NCBI GenBank assembly: GCA_964016885.1
Contig: OZ024742.1
Location: 192,076,001 to 192,140,000, forward strand
DNA from: Eledone cirrhosa
Lineage: Eukaryota
Direction of reading: 5' to 3'
Length of the DNA stretch: 64,000 bases
Position 1 is the first letter of the stretch. Each line of letters begins with the position of its first letter. This document shows, one piece after another, positions 29,740-42,092 of this stretch. The translations under genes were made by a program, and so were the position numbers. The notes below the pieces were generated by a model. It was not told the origin of the DNA. It worked only from the letters and a program-made list of their open reading frames with translations, and ran no database searches.

Positions 29740-32500
29740 CTGATAGAAGGTACTACAGCAGTCCTTGGCTTTTACCCTGCACAGATGGATGCTCATCAGG
29801 AGATGGCCTTTTAACACGAATCCTATGTGCAATGGGAACTGCTCGTGTCCTCTGTTGAGTGACAAAGCAGACCTGTTAAGACAAATCACTGCTTTCCCTT
29901 AGTGTGTGTGGGGGGGGGGGAGAAATGTAACCCAAAGAAATTGCATGCCTGTAAAGACCGGTCATCTTACTGCAGTTGACAGGTTATCAACTATGCAGCA
30001 GAAACAAAAATAAAAACTAAGATAAAAAAGTTTCCATTAAAATGTCGTTCTTGGAATGCCCGAACCCTCCTTCAGGATAAAGCAGACTCATTAGAAACGA
30101 AAACAGCTCATGTGTCAAAGTTTGTAAATAGATACTTCATTGACATACTAGCATTAAGTGAAACTCGGCTTTCTGATTATGGTCAGTCTAAGGAGAAGGG
30201 TGGGGGGGGGTTATTCTTCTGGTCAGGGGAAAAAAGAAGACGCAATACTCTCTTCAGGTGGTGGGTTTACTGTTAGAACTAAGATAGTAACTATATTGAC
30301 CTCTTTATCACAGTGTGGGGAGTGATCATTTCATGACATTGAAACTTAAAGTTGCTAATTAATATGACAACACTAACGCTACTCAGTTACTATGTTCGTT
30401 AACATAAACACCGATGTAACAGAGATAACTAACTTTTATGAGAAATCCTATTTTATTGTAAGAAATATAGATTATCATGGCAAATTTCTGGTACTAGGGC
30501 TCTCCAATGAAGAGGTGGGTCAAATAATGAATCCTAATGAAACATTTTTGGCTTTCCTAGCATTGAAATATAAAGAGCAATGGTTTTCGCCTTCTTTCTG
30601 TTTGCAATGAATCTGGCCACCCCCTTATCACCAACACTAATTTTCAATAACCTAACATATTCAAAACTACTTGGATGCATCCAAGGTCAAACGAATGGCG
30701 TTTGATTGACTATATTCTAACAAAAAATTGTCATCAACATGATATTCGTCATACTCGCTCCTTTCATTGCACATGATTGTAATCTGATCACTCAGTGCGT
30801 TATAAGTTATCATTTCAACTTCAGATAATGCATAGAATAAACAATGCAAAATGTCTAAAAGAAATAAATATTCGATCACTTGATGTTACTAGAAAAGTTG
30901 AGTTGTCTCAATTGCTCGACAGCTGCTTTAACAAATTGGAATTTGAGACAATATTAAAGAATAGTGGAAATATCTCAAGAACACAAGATATTCTACTTCA
31001 CTTTAAGCTCTTTGTCTGCAACACGTTAACATCAAGATTGGTTCAATGAAAATTATACAAAATACTGTCACTAACTGGCAAAATGCACTTCTCTCATAAA
31101 GTATAGAGAGCCGACAAAAATCTTCTAAATTACTCTTCCACTGCAAACACACTGTGCAACGGACTTTGGGGAGGAAATGAAACACATGGCGTGGTCATAA
31201 AAAGCAGCAGGGCTTCAAACTGATAGAAAGGATATGAAACCCTTATTTATGAACCGTCCAAATATTTCTTCACCAGTATTAACATCTCATTAATTTATAT
31301 TACTTACAAATATGAGTGATATTCTTAACCGCTAGAAATAACACTTCGAAACATCTCTAAATTCACCATCGGTTGTGCATCATAATATCATTGACTCGGC
31401 TCATTTAAGGCCGGATATCTCTGAATTGAACTTTGACCTGACATATGCCGAAATTATAACAGCTACAAAATAAATGGTATCAGGAAAATCACCTAGTGGT
31501 GATGCAACACCTGAGGTATAAGAATATGTACTTGTGTATGGATTTGTTCATTTTGATTTGAAAGAATGGTCAGGTTCATCAAGACTTTAAAGACTTTCCT
31601 ATTATCAATATATTTAAACGAAAAGGCATGAAAAGGATTGAGACAACCATCTAAGTATATCACTGCTTTCTGTGGCGGGCAAGATCCTTGCTCGATTTGT
31701 TCTTAACAGAATAATAAATCACCAAGTATATCATGTTTATCCTGAATCCCAGTATAGCCTCATGGCTGGTAGAGAAATGAGAGACACGATATATTGCTTG
31801 CGGCAGGTTGCAAAGAAACTACGCGATAAGACCACTGGCTTATCTATAGTCTTTGATGATTTGACAAATGCTTTTGACTCCGTCGATGGCAATGCTGTTT
31901 GGGTATTGCTGACACGATTGTGATTCCTAATAAGATGCCGTCTGTTATAACATTCTTCCATGAAAACATGCAAGTGTCTATCAAATCAAATGTCACTTTA
32001 TCAGATTCCTTTCACAAGAATTGTCTCAGAAATATCTGTGGTTTCACATGGACAGACAAAGTCTCTAATGAACATAAAAATGTGATATACAAAGCATAGA
32101 AGCCTGCTTGATAAAATCTCAATTAAGATGGGTTCGCCATGCTACTGCCAAAGATTCTCTCTAATGGCAAACTTCAGGTGAGAGTGCAAAATGTAGGAAG
32201 ATCTCTTCTTAGATACAATGATAATATCAACCGTATTGGAATTCAAGAATTAGAATATTACGATGGTGCTGCTGACTGTAATAGGAAGGGGATGTCTGTC
32301 AAAATGTCAACAGGAGCTATGCCAAGAAAAGGATTGAGCATCTAAGTGATCTAACGCAAGGTCAGAGGAATAGAGGTTCTTGTGAACGTTTTGTGTGTAA
32401 TGGAAGCGGCATTGTTTGCAAAAAGCAAAGCAGATTTAGTGTCTCATAAAAAACACAAAAATTAAAATGTCATCGAAAACGACGACAGAGTTCATCATAT
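29740..32500 (+). mobile_element. Degenerate RTE-clade LINE (APE endonuclease + RT relic, internally deleted)
   Basis: DILALSETRL (about 30142), WMHPRS (about 30672), ISLLSVAGKILAR..PESQ..IVFDDLTNAFDSVD (31660-31890). Many stops and frameshifts. Confidence 0.85.
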
Positions 32501-32519
32501 ATGCCTAATCTAGTCTAGT

Positions 32520-32805
32520 TTAATCTAAGTCTAAAGTCTGTCTCAAGCCAGGAGGCTCGTCTAGCCGGTGCTTGTCCTGGTTTCGTGGCGGTAAGCGCCT
32601 GAGAGTACAAGATTACCCCGTGAACAGAAAGTCATCTATCGCAGGTTTAAACCACAAGCTATTGCTGGCATTCATTTTCAGTTGAGTATACTGGAGCAAC
32701 GCGACATGAAGTGTTTTTCTCAAGAAAACAATACACAAGCCAGCCCATGAATCGATCTCACAACATGATCGTAAGTCCAACAACCTTACCACTAAGCCAC
32801 ACGCC
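32520..32805 (-). mobile_element. tRNA-derived SINE family 3 variant
   Basis: Minus-strand head gaggcgtgtggcttagtggtaaggttg, and body ttcttgagaaaaacacttcatgtcgcgttgctccag, related to 45945-46163. Confidence 0.6.
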
Positions 32806-33204
32806 TCAATATATGATACATTAGTAATATTATTCACCCTTTGACGGACATTCTCCCGCTCAACCAAATTATTATGAAATTTGATTCTCTGTGCAGCTAT
32901 TCGTAATAGAAACAGAGCTGTTTTCTGCAACAGATTGCTATGTTCTACCAAACTTTTAATTTTAGACGTTAATGTATGAATTAGTTTCTGTTCTACAAGT
33001 GTTATCATTCTTTTTTCTTACTAAAATTTTCCACTAATTTCACTTTCATTGTTTTCCCCGTTTTTCAACCCGTTCACTCTCTTTCTCACGCATACACAAC
33101 ATACGAATTCTTGGTTGCCTTTTGGATATTTTTCATTTTAACGTAGCTATAAACATTTTTCAATCCATCCCTATATATCCCTCTCTTCCTCTCTTCCCTT
33201 TTAT

Positions 33205-33251
<47 letters not shown>

Positions 33252-33465
33252 AGCTATGTGTGCTTACACACTTGTAACAAATATCCCTGTGATTATTTCA
33301 TATGTTTATTTATATGTTAATCAATTTCTAGTTGTTATAAAATGCTCGGACCTATTCATTAGAATCTTGGAGCTTATTTTACGGGTGATATGGCGCATGC
33401 CTTTCTGGCATGACACCCATAATTTTGATTTAGATTATTAAATTCACTTTGATTTATCTTAATTT

Positions 33466-33508
<43 letters not shown>

Positions 33509-33627
33509 AAATGTGAGTTTACGATTGGCGATCGATACAGATTCACATTTGAATAAATATTATTACACACTACTGGAGTATTTAACATGTTTACACTGGC
33601 TTGCAGTTCAGTCCAGAGTTTATCATG

Positions 33628-33664
<37 letters not shown>

Positions 33665-33694
33665 CGTGTGTGTGTGTGTGTGTGTGTGTGCGTG

Positions 33695-33751
<57 letters not shown>

Positions 33752-33865
33752 TTCTGTGTGTGTGTGTGTTTGTGTGTGTGTTTGTGTGTGTCTTTCTGTG
33801 TGTGTGTGTGTGTGTGTTTGTGTGCGTGTATATATATATATATGTATATGTATATATATATATAT

Positions 33866-34185
33866 GATGATGGCTGTCCCCTCGTTATCGAGTATGGCCA
33901 TTACACGATATAACATTATTAATAATTATTAATTAATTCTATCGTGCAATGCCTGTGCGTGAAGATATTTTTTAAAGTAAGGAAAGACTGTGCACTGAGC
34001 CAATCCCACTCTCTGAGCGACAGTAGGTGTAACCCGAAAAGAAGAAAAGATCAACATCATCGGTAACTACTGAGCCGCAGGTTTTATATCGGACTTATCC
34101 CAGTTTCCTGAGTTGTCTTCTCCTAGAAAAATGCCTTGACAAAGGCTAGGAGTCCTTCACGCCCACTGGTTTAACCGCGCGGTAC
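33866..34185 (-). mobile_element. Internally deleted RTE derivative (5' UTR fused to 3' end)
   Basis: The minus strand has the RTE-type 5' UTR motif ctaggagaagacaactc and ends ctcgataacgaggggacagccatcatca. Confidence 0.5.
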
Positions 34186-34375
34186 ATGTCTATATACATA
34201 TTTTCACACTTTCGGATGGCCGTTGACTCTTATGAGTTCTTCTGCCCTTTGTCAGGTTTTGTATTTTTGTACAGCAGGGTATCCAAAATCACCCTCCTCA
34301 CCAAGTACACTTGGTGGGGTTGCCGGTTTTGTCGCCGACGACCCGACCATGTGACAGGTTGTACTGGGTTACATG

Positions 34376-34420
<45 letters not shown>

Positions 34421-35521
34421 CATACATACATAGATATGGAAGACGTGCACTAGCAGCCGAAGTGTATGATAAACTTATATCTATATAAATACAGAAGGTG
34501 TATCCGATAATACACCAACCTATATAAATATACGTAGGCAAGTAAACATGCCAGAAACTATGAATTACCCTGTAAATTGAAATAATGATAAACATATTTA
34601 ATCTATGTTTGGCTCTTATTGGTTCTTCACCAGAAGACATGTATATCATACAATCAACCACAAGGGAAAATGTATTTCATGGGTATATGTACCCATTCGC
34701 TCTTAGTATTATACTTAAATGAACATACTAATATGCATATAATTAGCGTTCGTGTTAGTAATTAATTAAGAGATATAGTAGGAAGTGCGCTAGCAGCCGA
34801 AGTTTATGTTAAAGTTATATTTGTATAAATGGAGTGTGTAACACATTTTAAGTTGCCTCTATCTGTGACTTGATTTTGGGTTTGTCTTTTCATTTTAACC
34901 AAGCTTATATATACAGGCACCCCGCGACATACAACCTACTCATTATACACAAGTCTCGATCATCTATATTTCCGCGAACACACATACATTTTTTGGTGGC
35001 ATTCCTTATGTTTCAGCAGTTAAATTGAAATATTTCTACGTCTTAACACAAAGTGACAAAAACCATGCTGAAGTAAATTCATATTTATAAACACGTTCAA
35101 TGTTGCATATAGACGGCAAATTGACAAGGTCGTTAGAACATTGTGCAGAATTCGGTCCGTCTCTCTGCGTTCGAGGTCAAATCCTGCAGAACACAACTTT
35201 ACCTCTTAACCCTTCGAGATAATATACCAGAACATGCCAGAACCATACTTTGGTCGATTCTTTTTTCCTTGTCCCTTTCTCACTTCCTTTCCGCCACACT
35301 CTCTCAGAAGAGGTTGGCTCTGCCAAGTTTAATGTGCTATAACTCACAATGGTGTCCCTACGACTCCAACAGGAGATATATATCTATATGCATAAAATAA
35401 AATAAACAGAGATAGAGCGAGTACGCATGAGTAATGTTGATCATATGTACAGGCTTCGAATTACGTGGATGTCCACTTAAAGGTCGGTTCGCTGGAAGGA
35501 AACCTCTTCTAAATTCTTGGA

Positions 35522-35569
<48 letters not shown>

Positions 35570-35733
35570 TTTAGTACAGCATTAACGAAGCTTTAGGCTG
35601 CGGGTAAGCTAACGAATACAAATTCGGAATGCAGCTGTAGCACTCGATAGAGAATAATACCCCAGAGTAATAACAATACGTTTAGACAGCTTTGCAAATC
35701 AAATATAGCGATCGGCAGTCCAGCCGCATTGCC

Positions 35734-35784
<51 letters not shown>

Positions 35785-36210
35785 CGTGTGTGTGTGTGTG
35801 TGTGTGTGTGCGCGTGTGTGTGTGTGTGCGTGTGTGCGTGTGTGTGTGTGTGCGTGTGTGTGTGCGTGTGTGTGTCTGTGGGGGTATGTGTGCGTGTTCC
35901 TTCCTCTTTATATGGTAATATTTCTGTTTTAACTTGTCAATTTCTAATTACTGTCTTCAATCTTAATTGCTGTTAAGAAATTGTTTAATATGTTCAACCT
36001 GGTCATGTATGTTATTTTCATATAAATTGTCGATGTCACTGGTTAATGAACAGTATAAATATCACGTAACAATACTTCAACTTAATTGCTAGTTAAAATG
36101 TTACAATAATTCGCACACCCAAAACTCTCCATTTCTCTCTCTCTCCCTCACACAGACGCATACATACACACACATATTAATATATACATATACACATATA
36201 TATATATATG

Positions 36211-36263
<53 letters not shown>

Positions 36264-36264
<1 letters not shown>

Positions 36265-36511
36265 CTGGGGATTCCTTTCTTTGTTTCTGTGCCTCTCCTT
36301 TGTTCTGTCCTACGCCATTTTGTTTCTGAAGAGGTCACAGAGTGTGTGACGAAAGAACTATGACTATATATAAACAACTATCTGGTTGTGGAACCAACCA
36401 ACCAACCAACCAGAAATTTATAAATTTATAAATTTATAAATATATAATAAATTGAAGTGAAAGTAACTGGTGCGTGTGTTTCTTATTGGCAACATGACCC
36501 TCCCAAAGTAT

Positions 36512-36516
<5 letters not shown>
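36264..36516 (+). mobile_element. Family C PLE-type 3' end with 5' inversion exactly at the hammerhead core (core 36326-36364)
   Basis: 36264-36325 is the reverse complement of about 36857-36919. 36326-36516 matches 36921-37112. Confidence 0.8.
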
Positions 36517-36594
<78 letters not shown>

Positions 36595-36595
<1 letters not shown>

Positions 36596-37107
36596 CGTTT
36601 CTAAATTTGTTTAGCAAGATTCTTTATCTGAAAACGTGTGTTGAAACCGATATTGTTATGAACTCCAACCAAATTAAATAGAAAACATGAATGGAATAGC
36701 AACATCACAACTTACAATTAAGGACAAAATGAAAACACACACACACACATAGAACAAACAACCAACCAGTAACGTGTAAATAAACAAATAAATAAACAAA
36801 TATAAACACACACAGACACCCGGATGTAACACATGCGCAAACTAAGCACACAACAAAAACAAGATGGCGTAGGACAGAACAAAGGAGAGGCACAAAAACA
36901 AAGAAAATAATCCCCAGTCACTGAAGAGGTCACAGAATGTGTGACGAAAGAACTTTGACAATATATGAACAAACGTCTGGTAGTGGAACCAACCAACCAA
37001 CCCGAAATTTATAAATTCCTAAATTTATCATTTTTAATTTATAATAAATTGAAGTGAAAGCAATGGTGCGTGTGTTTCTTATTGGCAACATGACCCTCCC
37101 AAAGCAT

Positions 37108-37112
<5 letters not shown>
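36595..37112 (+). mobile_element. Family C PLE-type pLTR fragment
   Basis: Contains a hammerhead and AATAAA, and has the same 3' end as 36516. TA flanks. Confidence 0.75.
36917..36959 (+). ncRNA. Type I minimal hammerhead ribozyme (family C)
   Basis: gtca CTGAAGA g gtcac agaatgt gtgac GAAAG aa CTT tgac. Confidence 0.8.
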
Positions 37113-37188
<76 letters not shown>

Positions 37189-37368
37189 ATACATTAACAG
37201 AGAAAGCCTTAAGCGATTCTCTGACCAACTCCATCTCACTCAACAAACATTAGGATATACCTAAGTATTCTCCCAATTTAGTGTTTGGGGTGCTAACTAA
37301 TCGGTATTTCGTGGATAGCTGGTTGTATTATGTTATATGAGACATAATTAAATAAATATATCTTTCCT

Positions 37369-37478
37369 TCCAGACGATCGTTTCGTTATAAGATTTCTAC
37401 AATTTGGGATCAATAATGTTCAGGTTATGCGGAAACTTGTCTTATACACAAGCGGGCACTTATAAACTCATCAGTGGA
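37369..37478 (-). ncRNA. Type I hammerhead with long stem II insertion, within PLE-type fragment 37184-~37730
   Basis: tcca CTGATGA gtttataag [~70 nt] cttataac GAAAC gatc GTC tgga. Confidence 0.8.
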
Positions 37479-37879
37479 TGCCAAAATAATATCGATATAA
37501 AAATTACATCGACATTAATAAATTAGTGATGGTCTCCTTCAGCGCTAAAGAGACTGCTAGATTCGAAAGGCCAGCAGTCCTTATAAAGATAAGATACACG
37601 CTGCCCCCAAGAAGGTAAGGGGATGTCATCTTAAAATATAAAACAATATACACGCTGGTCATTTAAACCTATTAGGTATTATAGCCACGGGTTTAAGAAC
37701 ACAATTGGATATTAAAAGAATGATTATATGTATACACAATCGATGCACACATAGAGATATTAAAATATAATAAATACATGTATGGACCACTCATATACAC
37801 ACATAGTTATTCTCTAAGGCTAAAAAATCAGACATGGGATATAAGGAAAATCAATCAGTATTTCATATAAGAAATAACA

Positions 37880-38184
37880 ATAATTGTTTCTACTTTTGGC
37901 ACAAGGCCAGCAATTATCCCAGTCTATTACTGTTACTTTATTTTATCGAGCCTGTAAGGATGAAAGGCAAATTTAACCTCGGTGGGATTTGAACTCAGAT
38001 CATAAAGGAAGGTAACTCTATGCTTCAAAGCATGGCGTCCGACCCTCTACCAAATACTGCCAATCCACCGCCCTGTAATTGTTTCTACTTTGGGGCACAA
38101 GGTCAGCAATTAACCAGTACATTACTGGTTCAATATTTCATCGACCCCGTAAGGATGAAATGCAAAGTTAACCTCGGCGGGATT
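37880..38184 (-). mobile_element. SINE family 1, tandem 1.5 copies
   Basis: Reverse-complement matches to 2533-2724. Confidence 0.8.
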
Positions 38185-38237
38185 AATAATAATAATAAAG
38201 AAAGTCATACCTTATATCTGGAAATTATATCTGGCCA

Positions 38238-38560
38238 CCAAGAGTATATATTTAATACATTAACAGAGAGAAAGCCTTAAGCGATACTCTGACCAACTCA
38301 ATCTCACTCAACAAACATTATATATATATATAAATAAACACGAGTGTGTATGATTGTGTATAGAAGATTATATTAATAAAAGGAATTCCAACTTTGTCTG
38401 ATTTACTCGTTTATTTACAATCCTTTAAAATTATAATATTATAATGAAATATTATGGTAGCATATTAAATGTTAAATGTTAATTGGACAAGTACTTTCAT
38501 GCTTTCGCAATCTTCAGGGTCATATTCAGTGGTGATAGTCAAGTTTGCAAATTTCAATGT

Positions 38561-38591
<31 letters not shown>

Positions 38592-38832
38592 GTGGTAGAA
38601 CACTGGAAGGTAATATCCATGGGACGAGTTAGGTAGAAGTGCTTACACAATAGTTAGTTCACCAAACCGAGAGCAATTGTTTACCCTTAGTGGATCCTCA
38701 CCTCGTAAATTACGTAGATTACGAGGTGAGGATCCGCTAAGGGTAAACAATTGTTCTCGGTATGGTGAACTAACTGTTGTGTAAGCACTTCTACCTAACT
38801 CGTCCCATGGATATTACCTTCCAGTGTTCTAC

Positions 38833-38926
<94 letters not shown>

Positions 38927-38939
38927 TATATGTATATAC

Positions 38940-39035
<96 letters not shown>

Positions 39036-39354
39036 GTATACATTGCAATTTTCAAACTTGACTATCACCACTGAATATGACCCTGAAGATTGCGAAAGCA
39101 TGAAAGTACTTGTCCAATTAACATTTAATATGCTACCATAATATTTCATTATAATATTATAATTTTAAAGGATTGTAAATAAACGAGTAAATCAGACAAA
39201 GTTGGAATTCCTTTTATTAATATAATCTTCTATACACAATCATACACACTCGTGTATATTTATATATATATATATAATGTTTGTTGAGTGAGATTGAGTT
39301 GGTCAGAGTATCGCTTAAGGCTTTCTCTGTTAATGTATTAAATATATACTCTTG
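38238..39354. repeat. 1.1-kb composite palindrome of three TA-separated PLE-type modules
   Basis: Mirror symmetry about ~38714. Hammerhead cores at 38485-38522 (-) and 39078-39115 (+). Degenerate cores flank the centre. Confidence 0.9.
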
Positions 39355-39391
39355 TATGTACGTATACATACTTATATATATATATATATAT

Positions 39392-39494
<103 letters not shown>

Positions 39495-39574
39495 CATATA
39501 TATATATATGTATATATATATATAAGTATGTATACGTACATAAATATATATGTATACAGACGTACAGTAGTATG

Positions 39575-39615
<41 letters not shown>

Positions 39616-39618
<3 letters not shown>

Positions 39619-40114
39619 AGTATGTATACGTACATACATATATGTATACAGACGTACAGTAGTATGTATATATATATACATACATGCACACATATATATA
39701 TGTACGTATGGATTCACCGAACATTTTTTATAATGCTCGGTGTGTTTGTAAACAAACATCCCGTATTAAGCCGTGGTGTCTAGTAACCATCGTTGCTCGT
39801 TTGTTCAACACTGACAAAGGAACACTGTACTAGTTTCAAGCGAATTAGCTATCGTCAGCAACGTATACCTTCCTGCCAGATGATTGAACCTCTGAAAGTA
39901 TATACTTTCCTTATGCATATTAACGGCTGAGCAGCCTAATTTGCATATCGAGTGGGTTAATCGGCCGGGTGCACCTAAAACGATAAACGGAAAAAATGAA
40001 ACGAAATTTCATTTCCCAATCTTAGTACGGCTGTTACTTAAATATAAGTATGTATACGTACATACATATATGTATATAGACGTACAGTATTATGTATATA
40101 TATATACATACATG

Positions 40115-40161
<47 letters not shown>

Positions 40162-40857
40162 GTATGGATTCACCGAATCCATTGCTAGACACTACGGCTT
40201 AATACGGGATGTTTGTTTACAAACACACCGAGCATTATAATAAATGTTCGGTGAATCCATACGTACATATATGTATGTGTGCATGTATGTATGTATATAT
40301 ATATATACATATATATATATATACATACTACTGTACGTCTGTATACATATATGTATGTACGTGTACATACTTATATTTAAGTAACAGCCGTACTAAGAGT
40401 GAGAAATAAAATTTCGTTTCATTTTTTTCGTTTATCGTTTTCGGTGCACCCGGCCGATTAACCCACTCGATATGCAAATTAGGCTGCTCAGCCGTTAATA
40501 TGCATAAGGAAAGTATATACTTTCAGACGTTCAATCATCTGGCAGGAAGGTATACGTTGCTGACGATAGCTAATAAGCTTGAAACTAATACAGCGTTCCT
40601 TTGTCAGTGTTGAACAAACGAGCAACGATGGTTGCTAGACACTACGGCTTAATACGGGATGTTTGTTTACAAACACACCGAGCATTATAATAAATGTTCG
40701 GTGAATCCATACGTACACATATATATGTGTGCATGTATGTATATATATATACTTACTGCTGTATGTCTGTATACATATAAGTATGTACGTATACATACTT
40801 ATATTTAAGTAACAGCCGTACTAAGAGTGGGAAATGAAATTTCATTTCATTTTTTCC

Positions 40858-40862
<5 letters not shown>
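39616..40862. mobile_element. Retrozyme-like ~450-bp tandem repeat with one hammerhead per unit, in two opposed arrays
   Basis: Period 450 (ttgctagacactacgg at 40182 and 40632) and 456 (cgtatggattcaccgaa at 39705 and 40161). Orientation flips at about 40180. No meaningful ORF. Confidence 0.75.
40555..40595 (+). ncRNA. Type I minimal hammerhead (second copy about 39824-39864 on minus)
   Basis: cgttg CTGACGA t agct aata agct t GAAAC ta ATA cagcg. The minus copy has GAAAC ta GTA with palindromic ACTAGT. Confidence 0.75.
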
Positions 40863-40931
<69 letters not shown>

Positions 40932-41236
40932 GTGTGTGTGTGTGTGTATTGCTAACAAGAAAACGAATGTTGAATAATTATGGTACATAACCAGCAGTGA
41001 AGTTATTCTCCTCCTTGTATATATGTGTGTGTGCGTGTGAGAGAGAGAGGCGGTTGTAATGTAATATTTTAGAGATAAATTGAATGAATTGGAAAATCTT
41101 CAGCTTGATTTGGATTTCAAGATCTTTCGAACTTGTTGAAACTGAACTCTATACTCTTTAAAATTAGTTTTGTGTGCTGAATCGAAAATGTCGGTTGACA
41201 TCCTCATTACAACCATCAGCACTAAATCATTCATGA

Positions 41237-41600
41237 TAATTGTTTCTACTTTTGGCACAAGACCAGCAGTTATCTCAGTGTATTACTGGTGCTTTATTTT
41301 ATCGACCCCGCAAGGATGAAAGGAAAAGTTAACCTCGGCGGGATTGAACTCAGACCATAAAGGGCCGTAACTCTTTGCTGCAAAACAACTCGTCAGACCC
41401 TCTACCGATACTGCCAATCTACCGCCCTCTAAATTAAACACCATTATTATAATTCATCCATAATAATGGTGCTTAGTTTAGGCAGAAGGCCAGTAGGTTT
41501 GGTTGTGTTTATGAAATCTACCTCAGTACATGACTGGTATTATAATTATTGACCCAGGAGAGATAAAAGGCAAGTTTGACTACGGCGGAATTTGAACCTA
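41237..41600 (-). mobile_element. SINE family 1, two copies (second degenerate)
   Basis: Reverse-complement matches to 2533-2724. Confidence 0.75.
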
Positions 41601-41749
41601 TAAATAAAGAGTTAGAAGATATGAAAACAATGTATTGTTATTTTTATTACTGATATCATTTTAATTAAATCAATTGATTGATTTTAATTAATGAATCAAA
41701 ATTTCTTTTCTCACTGCATTACGTATACTATTTAGTGATTGAATGGATC

Positions 41750-42092
41750 TCCTTTGGTTTCCGACGATGAATATAACAGTTTTTCGCTCAATGAAAATGC
41801 CTGATGGTGAAATTACCTTTATATGACTGAGCATTCCATAGACACGTGTACTTTTATGTAGTTCTCCTAGAGATTTAACATGACAGAATGTGACAAGGCT
41901 GATCCTCTGAATCACAGGTACAATCCATTCGATTAGCTTTTGGATAATTTAGTTCTACACAGTTTCATTCATGAAGATTAGGCTAACCGGAGTTAGTGCC
42001 AAATGACACTAACATGCTAGGCAATGGGATGAAACACGGAAATAATGATTCCGAAGCGAACCCCTTAACCATTCGGCTATGCTGCGTCCATG
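41750..42092 (-). mobile_element. tRNA-derived SINE family 4 (degenerate)
   Basis: Minus-strand tRNA-like head ggacgcagcatagccgaatggttaagggg. The body is related to 61019-61165. Confidence 0.55.

Noticed and set aside
35575-35645. Possible decayed hammerhead (ttaacga...cagctgta)
   Set aside because: Both conserved boxes are altered.
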